DNA from: Bigelowiella natans CCMP2755
Taxonomy: Eukaryota; Protista; Cercozoa
Direction: 5' to 3'
Assembly (NCBI GenBank): GCA_000320545.1
Contig: ADNK01001820.1
Span: 62,001-126,000 of the forward strand
Length of the DNA stretch: 64,000 nt
This document shows positions 28,182 to 39,670 of this stretch, piece by piece (the stretch's first letter is position 1; every line of letters starts with the position of its first letter). The notes under the pieces are model-generated. The model made no database searches, had not been told where the DNA came from, and saw nothing but the letters and a program-made list of their open reading frames with translations. The position numbers and the translations under genes were made by a program.

Positions 28182-30094
28182 ATGCGTGAGCGTAAGGGAG
28201 GTGGTAGAGAGGGGATATATTTGGATTTGCGTGTAGAGTATGAATGCACCCTCTAATGTACGCCCCACCGCCTCCAGTTGATTTCTTTCCGAAGCTACAC
28301 GATGAGTTGAAAGTCAAGACTCTCTCTGGAGGCGCAGGTAATTGATGTGAACGGATCGATTTGCGAAGGAAAGATGATGAATATGATACATAACAGTACT
28401 ACTTTCAAAGATATCTTCTAGATTCACTGATTTTTTTTAATCCATAAGGGTTATATATATACGCTTTCACGTCCTCATTCGTCGTCTTTTCTTTTCCCCT
28501 CTATTTTATATATCACAGTGTCGATCGTATCAGGGCTATGCATTTTGGTAGTATTTAATGAAATAATCATCATATATTGGATAAATACATATGACTTCTC
28601 TCGATGAAGGGCATCTATGAGCTGTCTTCCGGCTTCGTCGTCCTTATCGCATACTCAACATCCATTTCTCTCTCCTCCTGTTCTTCTTTATGCTGTATCC
28701 TTCATTCCAAGGTCCTACTTTTCTCCGAACTCATACGGTTTATCAGCGTGCAAAAAACAGAGCACGTTTGTGTCGACACGACAAGGTAAGGAACACCAAT
28801 TCTAGTGTTTTGGCTACATGCACGCACAACTTGCTCTCACACACGCATGTAGTATAAAACATATAAAAATATACAATTTGTAATGTAAGATTAGCGTATG
28901 CCTAGGAAGTAGCAATAGTTCTTCTTCATGTGCAGTTGTGCATGTTGTTAGGATGTAGGAGGAGTTCATCTCCTGCATGTTAAATGACTACGACTAATTA
29001 CTACTACTTCTAATACAAATACTGCCACTGTTACTGCTACTACTACGCCTCTATCTGCCATCATAGGGACCAAGAGCTCCATATCAACTTTGACATCACG
29101 ATGCATCGTCTCCCTTGCACTTGTAAGAATGCATAAATAGGGAATAAGAAGAAGAAGAAAATGTCCCCTCCCCCCCCACACTCACATAATATTATATATA
29201 TATATATATAATATAATATACATTGTGGAATCGTACCGGACCGTGTGTAGGATGAATTCTCCTCCTTCTTCGCCTCAATTTCATCAAGCTGTGAGCTCAT
29301 AATCATCTTTTCGTGATCATCAGTGGTAAGCATTGACGCAAGAGACACCTTTGGAGACCATCAGACAAACGTGCTGCACCACGTTCACAAACATAGGTAA
29401 TAATAGAATAGATGATGATGATAGTGATGAAACGGTGGAAGTGTTAGTAGTAATAGTAGTAAGTAGAAGTAGGAGGATGTGGATATGTGACCACGAGCGC
29501 GCAGTACTTAAATCGACATTATCATAATCGGTTTTGCTGGTGCTACTGCTCTTATCATCATCATAACCAGGATCGACTTAGACGGGAAACCTATCGGCGA
29601 CGCACCAGTCAAAGTGCAGATGAAGCAAACGTAAGAGGAAGGCGTAGCCAGCACAGCAGCATAGTAGCAGCAGCAGCAGTAGTTGTAGCAGAAGTACTCC
29701 TGCATTGCACAAGATCACCCCATCCTCTAGTTCAGCATCAACAACAAATGAAACAAACCACAGCTCCATCCTGCATATCAAACACAAAGAAGAGGGCTGT
29801 CATAATGATCTCGAGGAGGAGGAGGAGGAGGAGGAGGAGGAGGAGGGAGTAAGGAAAAGATATATATGCGGTCCAATATCGATTGCCACTCTATAATATT
29901 TGTTGATTTGATTCATTTGTCTTCTATTCGTTCCTCCCTTCCTTCATCAGTATGCACACAGATGACCTTAAAGCGCTAGCAACACGCAACAAAGATCCAG
30001 AGGTGGTGGCTGCTGCTGCTGCTGCTGCTGCCGAGGCACAGCGAGCGTATATGATGATCATCATCATCATTAACAACACATGAAACACAAGTGT

Positions 30095-30132
<38 letters not shown>

Positions 30133-30689
30133 TTCTATTCTTATTATTTTTACTATTCTTATTAGCCATCCTCTCCTCCTTGTCATCCTCTTATTTCTCT
30201 TCTTCCTCGTAAAAGGATGATTTCATGATTACGTTATACTAATAATCGAAGGAGGTTAAGGAGAAGAAGAAGGAGATAGATGAAAAGGAAAAAGACAAAT
30301 GCTTGTCCTGCTACGGCGCTTCTACACAGCCGGTATTTGAACAATTTCTCTGCCCTTCCTCTCTTACTTCTCATCTACGTTTGGAGTGTGTGGACGCAAT
30401 TGTCACTGAATATCCTCCTCCTCCTCCTCCTCCTCCTTTTCACTGTTAATCAAAGGGACAATGCTGCAACACGTGTGTGGAGCTACGTAGTGCATACACC
30501 GCTAGGTCAGATTATTCACACAAACACGCGCAAACACAATTGTTCATTACGTAATCAGCGTGTTGATTTGCGACTACGACCTACGCTGTGTCTCAAGATG
30601 AAATCATCGACATATCTACATCGATTGAATTTCGTCAGTTCTGACTCTTTTATTATTCCTTCTTGTATTTTACATATCTTTATTATGAT

Positions 30690-30733
<44 letters not shown>

Positions 30734-32983
30734 TTAATATACCGATGTGTATGTGTGTGTGTGTGTGTGTGTGCGTGTGCCAATAAAGATATGTATCAAT
30801 ATAAACTTTTCTGTTCAATTGACATAACGACGGCACGATGGACATTGACATATACTCATAATTTTGATTATTATCATTATTATTGTTATTAATACTGTTA
30901 TTATGCCTCCTTCATCGCAGAGGCTGGTCTCTCAATAGCTTGAAGGACACAACACAGGTCAATTCTACAACAGATGCCTACACAAATCTCCCGTTTACTT
31001 CTCTACTACCACCAACTACTACTACAACTACTTCTTAAGGCTGATATTTTACTACTACTACTGCTTCGCAGTGCAAAGACCAGCCCCTTACGCCAAGATT
31101 TGAGCAACTCGAAAACCATGAGGTTGTATGAATAATATGTACATACGTACAACCGTCTACGAATACATATGTAAGTGAGTGTGTGTGAGTGTGTGTGTGT
31201 ATGTGTAAAATATGACAAATCGTTAAATATTTTGATTTATATCACATACAAGTACATGTATGGTATATATAAAACAACAGCAATAACCGCGCTGCTGCTG
31301 TTGGTGTTGTTGTTGTTAGCGGTACCTAGGTCAATTGTTACTTACAAACTTATTGCGTTATTATTTGAAGATAGAGATGATGCTGACTGACATAGATTTC
31401 TAAGCAGAATTGAATGGATTTACATGGACAGGCATGATATATACATCGTGATAGTTCTTCTGATTTTATGCTGTCATGCTTTACTTCTGCCAACATTGTC
31501 TAGGGGTGTCGTTTGACAGGGTACCTCAATGTCTCGAAGGTACCAGTAGAAGAAGAAGAAGTAGTTGTAGTTTTATGTTTAAGAGGAGGGGGGGAAAGGA
31601 GTACATGCCTTCTTCATCATCATCATCAGCATCATCATCATTGCCCAGGTCGCAGGAAACTTTCACATATCTCCTGGAAAGACGCACGAAGTCAATTCAG
31701 TGCACGTTTACGATCTGGTGATCATCACACATACTAAACGACAACCAACCGACCGATGGCAGCAGCAGCGACAGCAGCAGTAGCAGGGAGTGGAGGGAAG
31801 GGGAGAGAGAGAGGTTTTTGTGGATTTAAGAGAAAACTTCATTGTCATATTGATAGAGATGAGAGAGGATTGTATGGACTTGTCTAAGGTAGACATGATC
31901 GATAGTGGATGTGTGTGCTTGCTTTCGATAGGGGGCGTTTCGAGACGGTCAATTTAATATCTCACATGATATTCACACTCTCTCCTTCGGAGATCACTAT
32001 CCGGTTGGTCGTATTAGTGAATGAAAGCTAGAAGAGGGGAGGGGAAGAAGGGAAATCCACGATGATGATGAGGGATGATGATGATACGGTTGGAATTCAT
32101 GCTGGTGCTGCATGTTGTTCGGCATATGGTGAAGAACATGGACAAGGACGCGGAAACACTGGATGTTGAATATAAAGCTCTCTACATAATCTCCAATGAG
32201 CATCAGCCAAATAGCAACAGCAGCAGCAATAAATTCCCACTTACATACTACACAGACGACGATGTACATAAAATACACACAATACAGTTTTGTGGGTACA
32301 TTATTCGTGTACTTTTTGACTTTTTCGGTGATTACATAACATCTGTAAACTGTTTCTAGGGCATCCACAACCAACTAGACGATACGCGCAAGATTTTTAA
32401 CAAATCAGGTGTGTGGTCGTCTTGCAGTGTGTATCATGTATTATGTACATGTTTGAGTGGGTGTGAGAAAGAGAGAGTGAGTGGGGGGGGCGGAAGGGAT
32501 GCTGTGAAGGTCTTAATTCATGGGATCTTTCCACCTCGTCCTTCTTTTTCATTTTCTAAACCCCTTCTCTGTTTTTCTACCTCTATCTCTCTCATGCAAA
32601 CCTCCAAGTAAATATTGGAATGTTCCAGTACTACATCAAAGTAGTTCCTACGAGGTATCACGCCGAGCAATCTATATGATATTATGAGTTGTATAATGAG
32701 GATATAGGAGGAGGAGGAGATATGTGGTGGTGGTGGTGGTGGTCGTGGTGGTGATGGTGTTCTTGCAGTTGCTTATTTTGTGATGTGATATTATATCATA
32801 TGGGGCACCAATGATGTGATGCAGATACACGTACATGGACGGGACATCTATTGAGACTAACCAGTTCTCAGTCACAGAGCATCTAAGGTCATTTTGTGTA
32901 TGTGTGCGTGTCCGTGCTGCTTATGTTTGTATGTAGTGAGTGGTGATCACTTTATCATTGTTTGACTTCAATCGCCAAACCGA

Positions 32984-33023
<40 letters not shown>

Positions 33024-33804
33024 ACTCTGCGTGCGGGTGTCTCTCCTTTCTTATCTTATGCGCTGCAGGAACCTTCCTAACCTACAAAGCTTAAAGCCTG
33101 GCAACCTTCCAGGTATACTACTGCAAGTACTACGCTTACATAAGCGCAGCAGCAGTAAGATGTTGTTGCTTGCTGTTCTAGGCGTGTTCGTCTACTACGA
33201 TTTCTCTCCGATGCGCGTGGAAATTACCGAGGAAAGGCAGTCAGTCACGCACTTTCTCACGCAGGCAACAACTAACACTTAATCGTCGCCACGCGAGACA
33301 GAACATATGATGACGAATAACAACAACATTATTAATAACGCACAAAAACGACTTGAGCGTAAACGTTGTTTACATTCAACCAAACAACACATATGAGAGA
33401 TGAATCTCGTGCCTTTTACGAGTAACTATTGTTCTTTTCTGCCTCGACTTCTTTTAACTCTTAGTTATGTGCGATACTGGGAGGAGTCTTTACTGTTGCC
33501 GGCATGGTCGATCAGGTGTACCATCAAAAAACAATTTTATAGTACTACAGCTTTTTGTACCTTAAAACCATACTTAGTAATACACATACTATTGGGGAGA
33601 GAGAAAGAGAGAGAGATAGAGAAAGAGAGATAGAGAAAGAGAGAGGGAGCTATATATACGTACTTTGATTTGGATAGCCATCAAACATGAGACGTGCACT
33701 TTGACATTATTCTTTGGCATTTGATGTTACCGTAACTTTTTTAGATGGTGTATCAATCAATGAAGCAGATTCAGAAAAAGGTTTCTATTGGAAAACTATC
33801 CTAA
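28182..33804 (+). CDS. ERGIC3: ER-Golgi intermediate compartment protein ERGIC3/Erv46, about 20 short exons, first exon uncertain
   Basis: Spliced exons give DFFPKLHDELKVKTLSGG, LHINFDITMHRLPCT, CLSCYGA..GQCCNTC, EGCRLTGYLNVSKVAGNFHISPG, FNISHDIHTLSFGDHYPG, MFQYYIKVVPT, TNQFSVTEH, LPGVFVYYDFSPMRV, HFLTQLCAILGGVFTVAGMVD and KKVSIGKLS* (TAA 33802-33804). Confidence 0.93.
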
Positions 33805-34924
33805 CTAAGATGGGAGGAACAAATTCGGCGTGACATGCATTGTCAATTCTGAAACCGAGTGTTGCATGCGAGCATGCTAGCATGTGCTATGCGGTTCAGA
33901 AATGGAACAAGCCTGCTTCTAAATCATCTAAGACATGAATGTGAAATGAAAAGCATGTTTCTTGGCAATTGCTATGAAGTACACGCGTAGCGTTGCTTCA
34001 CAATGTTAGATTCGACATGCAATGTTGCAAGCAAGCGTTGCGCAACTGGCCAGACACGCTAGCATGAGCTTATCTAGTTAGCTTAGTCTAGCTAGCTAGG
34101 CTAATGATCAAATCCGCAACAAACTACGAAACTGATGCGCACATGCACGTACGTCTAGATGTTCATCGCAATAATGCTGATGAGCATCAGCATCGCCGCT
34201 AATCGTGCCATGCTACCACTGACACTACTAGACTACATGCTATAGCATGCAGCATATGTGTCATTATGTATATCATGATCATGCAAGTGCAATTCTGTGC
34301 GCATTCGCGTTACACCTACGACAGCTAGCTAGCTAGCCAAGTGGCTCACGCGTGAAGCGCTCGCATGCGACTCGCTGCTACGCGCGCATCATGTCAACTT
34401 GCCATACGCCGCCCGCTGATCGACCACAGTCAGCATACAGTGTCTCTTAGAATGATTTCCGGACCACTGGAATAAGATGCTCCTCAGAGTTGGCAATGTA
34501 CACACATTGCAAATTTTGGATTTCAGGTATTTCATGAAGGTGGTAAAATTCAATTAAAGAATTTATTCAAATAAATTAAGATCTACAAATATATTGGAAT
34601 TCATGTACATTATAGAAGATATAACAATATCGTTTATTTACAAGTATGGCATTGTTCTGTAAGGCGTATGTTCCTTCTTGTTCGACGAAGGAATATACTT
34701 GCCATTCTTTTAACTAATTAGTCTGGGTAATTCGGTTTTACATTGTGCAAGAATTAACTCATTGGTAGTCATTCGGCGGGGGAAGAGATCCCAGATTAAA
34801 CACCCACTTGAACCTGGCCCCTTAAAACAGGGCTTAGAATCGCATGGTATAGAATTTACAAATGCTAACAGGGTATTATGTCAAGCGATTATCCACAGAA
34901 TATTCAACAAATAGAACTGCGCAG

Positions 34925-35641
34925 TTACATTTGTTTCTGCTTCTGCTTCTTTCGACGCAATATATTTATTTTGAGCGGAGCCTTCTTTTTGAAGTCAACA
35001 CAAGGCTGTGCTCGTAGTAACCCAATGTTGCGCTTTCTACTGGTCGAAGTTGCGCTCTGTGAGGACTGTTTATGGGTCCCAGTATTAGTTTTACCAGAAA
35101 ACTTCTGTGCTGAGGCTCTTTCGCTAAGGGGTTTGATTATATGACGGAGTTTTGGTGCAAGCTCTTGCTCTCTAAGAGACTCGAAGTCAGACTTTGTGGA
35201 TTTGATAAGCTCTGCATGAAGACTATCATTTTCCAATCCTTGTATCCTCTGGAGTTCATCCATGACTGAGGGGCGTGGGCTGCCCAACCTTCCTAGCATC
35301 TCTTTCATTGCTGCGTCCATTCTCAAGCCTTTGGCGACTAACTTTTTGATTTCGTGATCAAGAATAAGTGCCCTTTTGGCCTCTTCCATTCTCATTCGGC
35401 CTTTTACGACAACCCTGCAGATCTCGTCGTCATTTGGTCTACATTCGTCTTGGTCACTTGTGCACAGCCTGTACATCAGAATTTCTTCCACTTTCCCGCG
35501 AGGAATGCCAAGATTCACCAAAGATTTCGTCTCCTCCTCCATGCGGTACCGAAATCTTTCTAGCAAATCCTCTGTGTTGTCTGCTTCTTCTTTTGAAGGC
35601 TCCTGCGACTTCTCAGTGTCGGTGTATTCAAGGTATCTCAT
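34925..35641 (-). CDS. Intronless hypothetical protein, 238 aa, possible UBA-like helical segment and basic tail
   Basis: Clean ATG-to-TAA ORF with protein-like composition. PNDDEICRVVVKGRMRMEEAKRALIL loosely resembles NAC/HYPK-type UBA helices. Confidence 0.6.
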   Translation of the reverse strand: MRYLEYTDTEKSQEPSKEEADNTEDLLERFRYRMEEETKSLVNLGIPRGKVEEILMYRLCTSDQDECRPNDDEICRVVVKGRMRMEEAKRALILDHEIKKLVAKGLRMDAAMKEMLGRLGSPRPSVMDELQRIQGLENDSLHAELIKSTKSDFESLREQELAPKLRHIIKPLSERASAQKFSGKTNTGTHKQSSQSATSTSRKRNIGLLRAQPCVDFKKKAPLKINILRRKKQKQKQM

Positions 35642-35853
35642 CGATTTTATCTCAATCTTAGTCTATGACTTCTAGCTCTGTGTGCAATCAACTTCAAAAG
35701 AACCAATGGTTTCTAGATCATACGATGAACGAAATAATGTTCTCGTTCCCTGAAAGAAGTGGAAAACTATGGGGGTAAAATGGACACTTCTCGCCAACTC
35801 AGCGTGGGAATGGTGTTGGTGTGGCTTAATGGGTAAATTCGATTGAAGTTCCT

Positions 35854-36513
35854 TCAGGAAGTTTCTTCAGATGTAGAGGTGTAACAAAGAAGGGGGTTGT
35901 TATGCAATGTTATATTTTGGAGAATGTCAGTCACTCCTGCCCTTCCAACGCGTGAGTCAGACCTATCTCGAACCGAATCCCAGGAATCTTCAAAATTATT
36001 CTTGACATTTGTGTACATGCGACTGCATTTAGGGCTCAGTGTGTCAGTAGCTGCTCTATATTTCATAAGAGAGTCAAAATGTCGTAATTTTTTGAAAATC
36101 TTAAATCCAGATCGCGAGGGTCTCGGGTTAAAAAGAGGTATTTTCTCTTCGTTAGTGCGGATTGTGAGGATTTTACCAAAATGTAGGTAATAAATATTCC
36201 TATTTCCATATTTTATCTTGTCGTTTAGATAAAATTCTCTCCCTTGCACGTATGCAAGCAAGCCACTCCAACTCAATCTCGGGTTATTGACGGTCGATAC
36301 TGTCACTGATGAATAATGCCAGACAGAAATTCAGAACTAAAAACATCAGCCAAAAATAGCATTACACAAATTGCATGCTAATGCAACATCGTCGTCATAC
36401 TCACACTGGAATCGGTAGCTGGTACGACTCGTACGAGTATTCGTAACGCCAAACACTACTCAGTAATTTCTTCGTGCATTCATTCATACGTCTGCTGTGG
36501 GTCCGCGCGCGCG

Positions 36514-36554
<41 letters not shown>

Positions 36555-36901
36555 CTGGAGAAATCTATCTCGTCTTCGTCGGTGTTACTCGTAGTCGTCG
36601 GCGTCTTCGTCATCATTGCGTCGCACGAACTCATGACATTAGGGGCTCGGAAAAAGACTTCGTTGCTACGCCTACTCCTTGCATAATAAACCAGCAGAGT
36701 TGATCTTCCGATGAGAAGGTCGACTCTGCATTCGGCAAAAAATGCAATGCCATCTACTATCCCGGGGAAAATATTCTCGTTAATAAAGGGCGAATCGTAT
36801 CCACTCGAGAAGACTACGGAATTAATTCTCAGAGCAGTAGAGTCATTTTTGAGCGGGTACGCCAATACTACATGCATCCCAGATAGAAAGTGTTCGCTCA
36901 T
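35854..36901 (-). CDS. Orphan or decaying coding sequence: two ORF segments with a possible intron and a (GA)n SSR
   Basis: ORFs 36401-36901 and 35854-36306 on the same strand, with a GTGAGT donor near 36404. I could not join them cleanly in frame. Confidence 0.3.
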
Positions 36902-38049
36902 TATACAAAGGCTACCATACGACCTCTGGTCGAGTCAAAACTTTTGTCCAGGTCTCTATATATGTGTTAATCGGAAATGACCTCCACCTCATTTGTAGTT
37001 TTAGGGGCTAAATATCATGTCTATATGCATATGGTCATACGTATGGAGAACGATACATGTATTTTTGTGTATCAAAAATTACGCGAAGGATATCACCTAC
37101 CAACGAAAGCTATTTTTTTGATATGATATAAGCACATATTCCATTGATTTGTAAGTTCAAATTCCAAAATTATGGATTAGAAGATGCGATGAAAGTTAGG
37201 GAATCACGTTGTAGAACGACCTAAACAGATGAATGCTAGAATGCGGTCAAGTCTCGTCACAAAGGGTTAGCTGACGAAACAAATGGCATTTTTGACGCAC
37301 CATAATTACACGCAGTACGCACTACAGTAGTAACGTGTACGTACATCGTAACTGCAAAAACGCACGTGGCTGACACGCATGCACACGAGATGCACAATGA
37401 TCACACCGTGTGACACGCAGCGCGTGTGTGCATTGATTGTCAATGCACAATAATGTAGCAGGGCCATGCCGCATGCACGCTGTTGTGCCATTGTGGCATT
37501 CCTTTCATGTGCAATGAAACGAGGTCATTGATCTTATACAACTCGCATGTATGCATCGTGTGGTCAGTCTAGCTAGACCACGCTTGCGCAACGCAATTGC
37601 ACGTCGCATCTGTAATGATGTCTACACATCGTGATGTGGTGCGATGCGCGTGCTGCGCGATCGAAGGGACAATGGAACCCCAACAGCAGCACGTCCATCA
37701 AGCAAGTCTAGAAGTGACAAAAGACACCTTGTGTGGTGTGCACATGACAAACCTGCACGGTTGTTGTGCACGCCTACCTAGCTACACATGGCTACATCGC
37801 ACACGATGATAATGGTGTGTGCAAATGGACGTGACACCCACATTGAGTGCATTGCATGGCTGCGTGCCACGCATGCACCAATGTCTTCATGTGTGCCACT
37901 TTTTGTGCACAGCACAGCACATGCTCCACTGACAGCACACACTTGATGTGCTGCACACGAGCTTGACTCACGTGCACACAACAATGGGACACAAGTGTGC
38001 ATGGACACAGGACACGACGTTCAGCATCATGTGATGCACGTGGCGGTGC

Positions 38050-38724
38050 GCAATTGACGATTTGTCTGAGCCCTTCCGCCATTGCTAGATTGTTGCGTGT
38101 GTGTTGTGCAATCGCCTGGCGCTGCAATGCCACTTGATCAGAGTTCGAAAGCAGGGTGCAGCCAGTTCGTTCAAAGGGCGGCGTTGCTTGGTTCGTTTGT
38201 CCATCACACAGCGACGCATTCTGGCATTGTTCAGCCACGTCGTCTGGCGGCCAACACGTCTGACAATTGCGTTTCTGTTCTGGACGCAAAGTGTGAAAGG
38301 AAGACACAGTGACGATCGTGCACAACGTCTTTTCCCTTTGCCTGCACCTTCGCCTAGATTTCAATTCGAGTTTGAACACCCTCAACACTGCTGGACTGGT
38401 CAAGGAGGCTTTTTCTCTGTCACGTTCTCACTCATCGATGACACCTTTTGAAACGCAGCTGATTCAGTTTCCCAACACCAATTGCTCGTTGATCTCATTC
38501 TTTTCATCCCTCAATTTCTCGATTGTTCACTGAGAGAGTGTCCACCTGATTTCCCCACACCTCCCTGTTTCCGTGCGCTGAAAACACGTCAAAGCTTGTT
38601 GTGCCTGCCCCCCGGACGCAAGCCTCGCAGGATGAGCACCTGTGCTTTCGAAATCCTCCCACTAGACGTTCCGTCATCATCGTCTGGCATCCTTTTCGCG
38701 TCAGAAGATCCACTCCGCTTCATC
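38050..38724 (-). pseudogene. Decayed ORF with in-frame TGA stops and Cys/His in place of Tyr
   Basis: One frame reads TIEKLRDEKNEINEQLVLGN*ISCVSKGVIDE*ERDREKASLTSPAVLRVFKLELKSRRRCRQREKTLC..., with TGA at 38464-38466 and 38428-38430 (plausibly from CGA). It continues into the Tyr-free ORF 37792-38403. Confidence 0.5.
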
Positions 38725-39098
38725 GAGTCTGTCCAGAGTCACGAGGCAATCAGCTTGCCATGAAAAGAGAATTGAGAGTTCGTTTCACGTCCGCTGCATG
38801 AACATTGAACATTGAACATGCATTGAACATTTGACATGGCATTGATGCAAAATCTACACGAGCAAGAACCACATGGGGGACAAGCGCATGCGTGTAGCAG
38901 CGCCAACAAAAATCATCGCAAGCGCTCAGACAGCATTCCATCGACCACGACAGACAACGCACAATGAACAATGATGACGAACTGCGTTTCCAAAACGTTG
39001 CAAGACATTTGCAGTGTGCGAAATGCAGTGCCTCGAACTGGCTTCAGTGAGGACTGTGACTAGCAAATCAACTAGCTGGTTTTTCAAAATGGCATGAT

Positions 39099-39360
39099 TC
39101 AGTCATTGTGAAGCAATGACACTAGCGGCAAAATTCTGGCGGCGTCCACTCTGAGCAAAAACTTCCTGAAGGCCATGTCCACACAACGATCTACGTTTGG
39201 ATCATCTGATGGCCCCCCCAGCAGAACTTTGGTTTTGAAAGAGTCTGGAGCTTCAAAGAATGAAGAGCAAAAGGAAGAAGCTGGGCCCAGAGCTGATCTC
39301 ATGCACGAGAGAAGTTTGTTTCTCTCTGCATTCCATTCACATCTCAGCTGAGTCAATCAT
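39099..39360 (-). mobile_element. Putative 3'-terminal fragment of a non-LTR (LINE-like) retrotransposon ORF2, 5'-truncated and decayed
   Basis: LRCEWNAERNKLLSCMRSALGPASSFCSSFFEAPDSFKTKVLLGGPSDDPNVDRCVDMAFRKFLLRVDAAR resembles the tail after the zinc knuckle of LINE ORF2 proteins (C..W..ER..LL......F...K..VLLG......V..FL.....R). Recognised by eye only. Confidence 0.35.
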
Positions 39361-39670
39361 GTGAACAAAATGCAAAACGCCGTACATACTTTATTCATAT
39401 CCAGCATTTTATCAAGTCGTAGAAGTAAAAAAAGTTTGCGTTTCCATACAATGTCGTGCTGAAAGGTAGCAAAAAAAGAGGAATTTTTGGAGTCATCTCT
39501 GTGGCTCGAATCACAACCAGACGAACGTGCGATACTCCACGTTCCTCTCTCAATATCTAAGCTAGGGATAGGGAGGAGATAAAAGAAACTTGCTAGTTGC
39601 GCTTCACACAATAATAGGACAGTGGAACTGCGATTGATGGACAAGGGTTGTTGTAGTGGAGTGAGTTCCT

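Larger units (their letters stand above)
37812..39382. other. TpA-depleted, apparently hypermutated tract
   Basis: Hand count finds only 9 TA dinucleotides in 1571 bp (38086, 38355, 38663, 38855, 38895, 39061, 39073, 39123, 39192). The ten six-frame ORFs listed from 37778 to 39356 contain a single Tyr between them. Confidence 0.92.

Noticed and set aside
37778-38971. Cluster of overlapping Cys/His-rich ORFs as novel metal-binding proteins
   Set aside because: They are a by-product of missing TAA/TAG/TAY codons in the TA desert, and no consistent zinc-finger spacing is present.
38428-39359. In-frame TGA codons suggesting TGA reassignment or selenocysteine
   Set aside because: An intact-looking gene in the window ends at TGA (3343-3345), and conserved genes use TGG for Trp with no internal TGA. 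The TGAs are confined to decayed sequence and fit CGA->TGA.
37812-39382. TG/CA excess explained by ordinary CpG methylation decay or by RIP
   Set aside because: CG remains frequent in the tract, and neither process removes TA (RIP increases it). CpG decay may contribute but cannot produce the TA absence.
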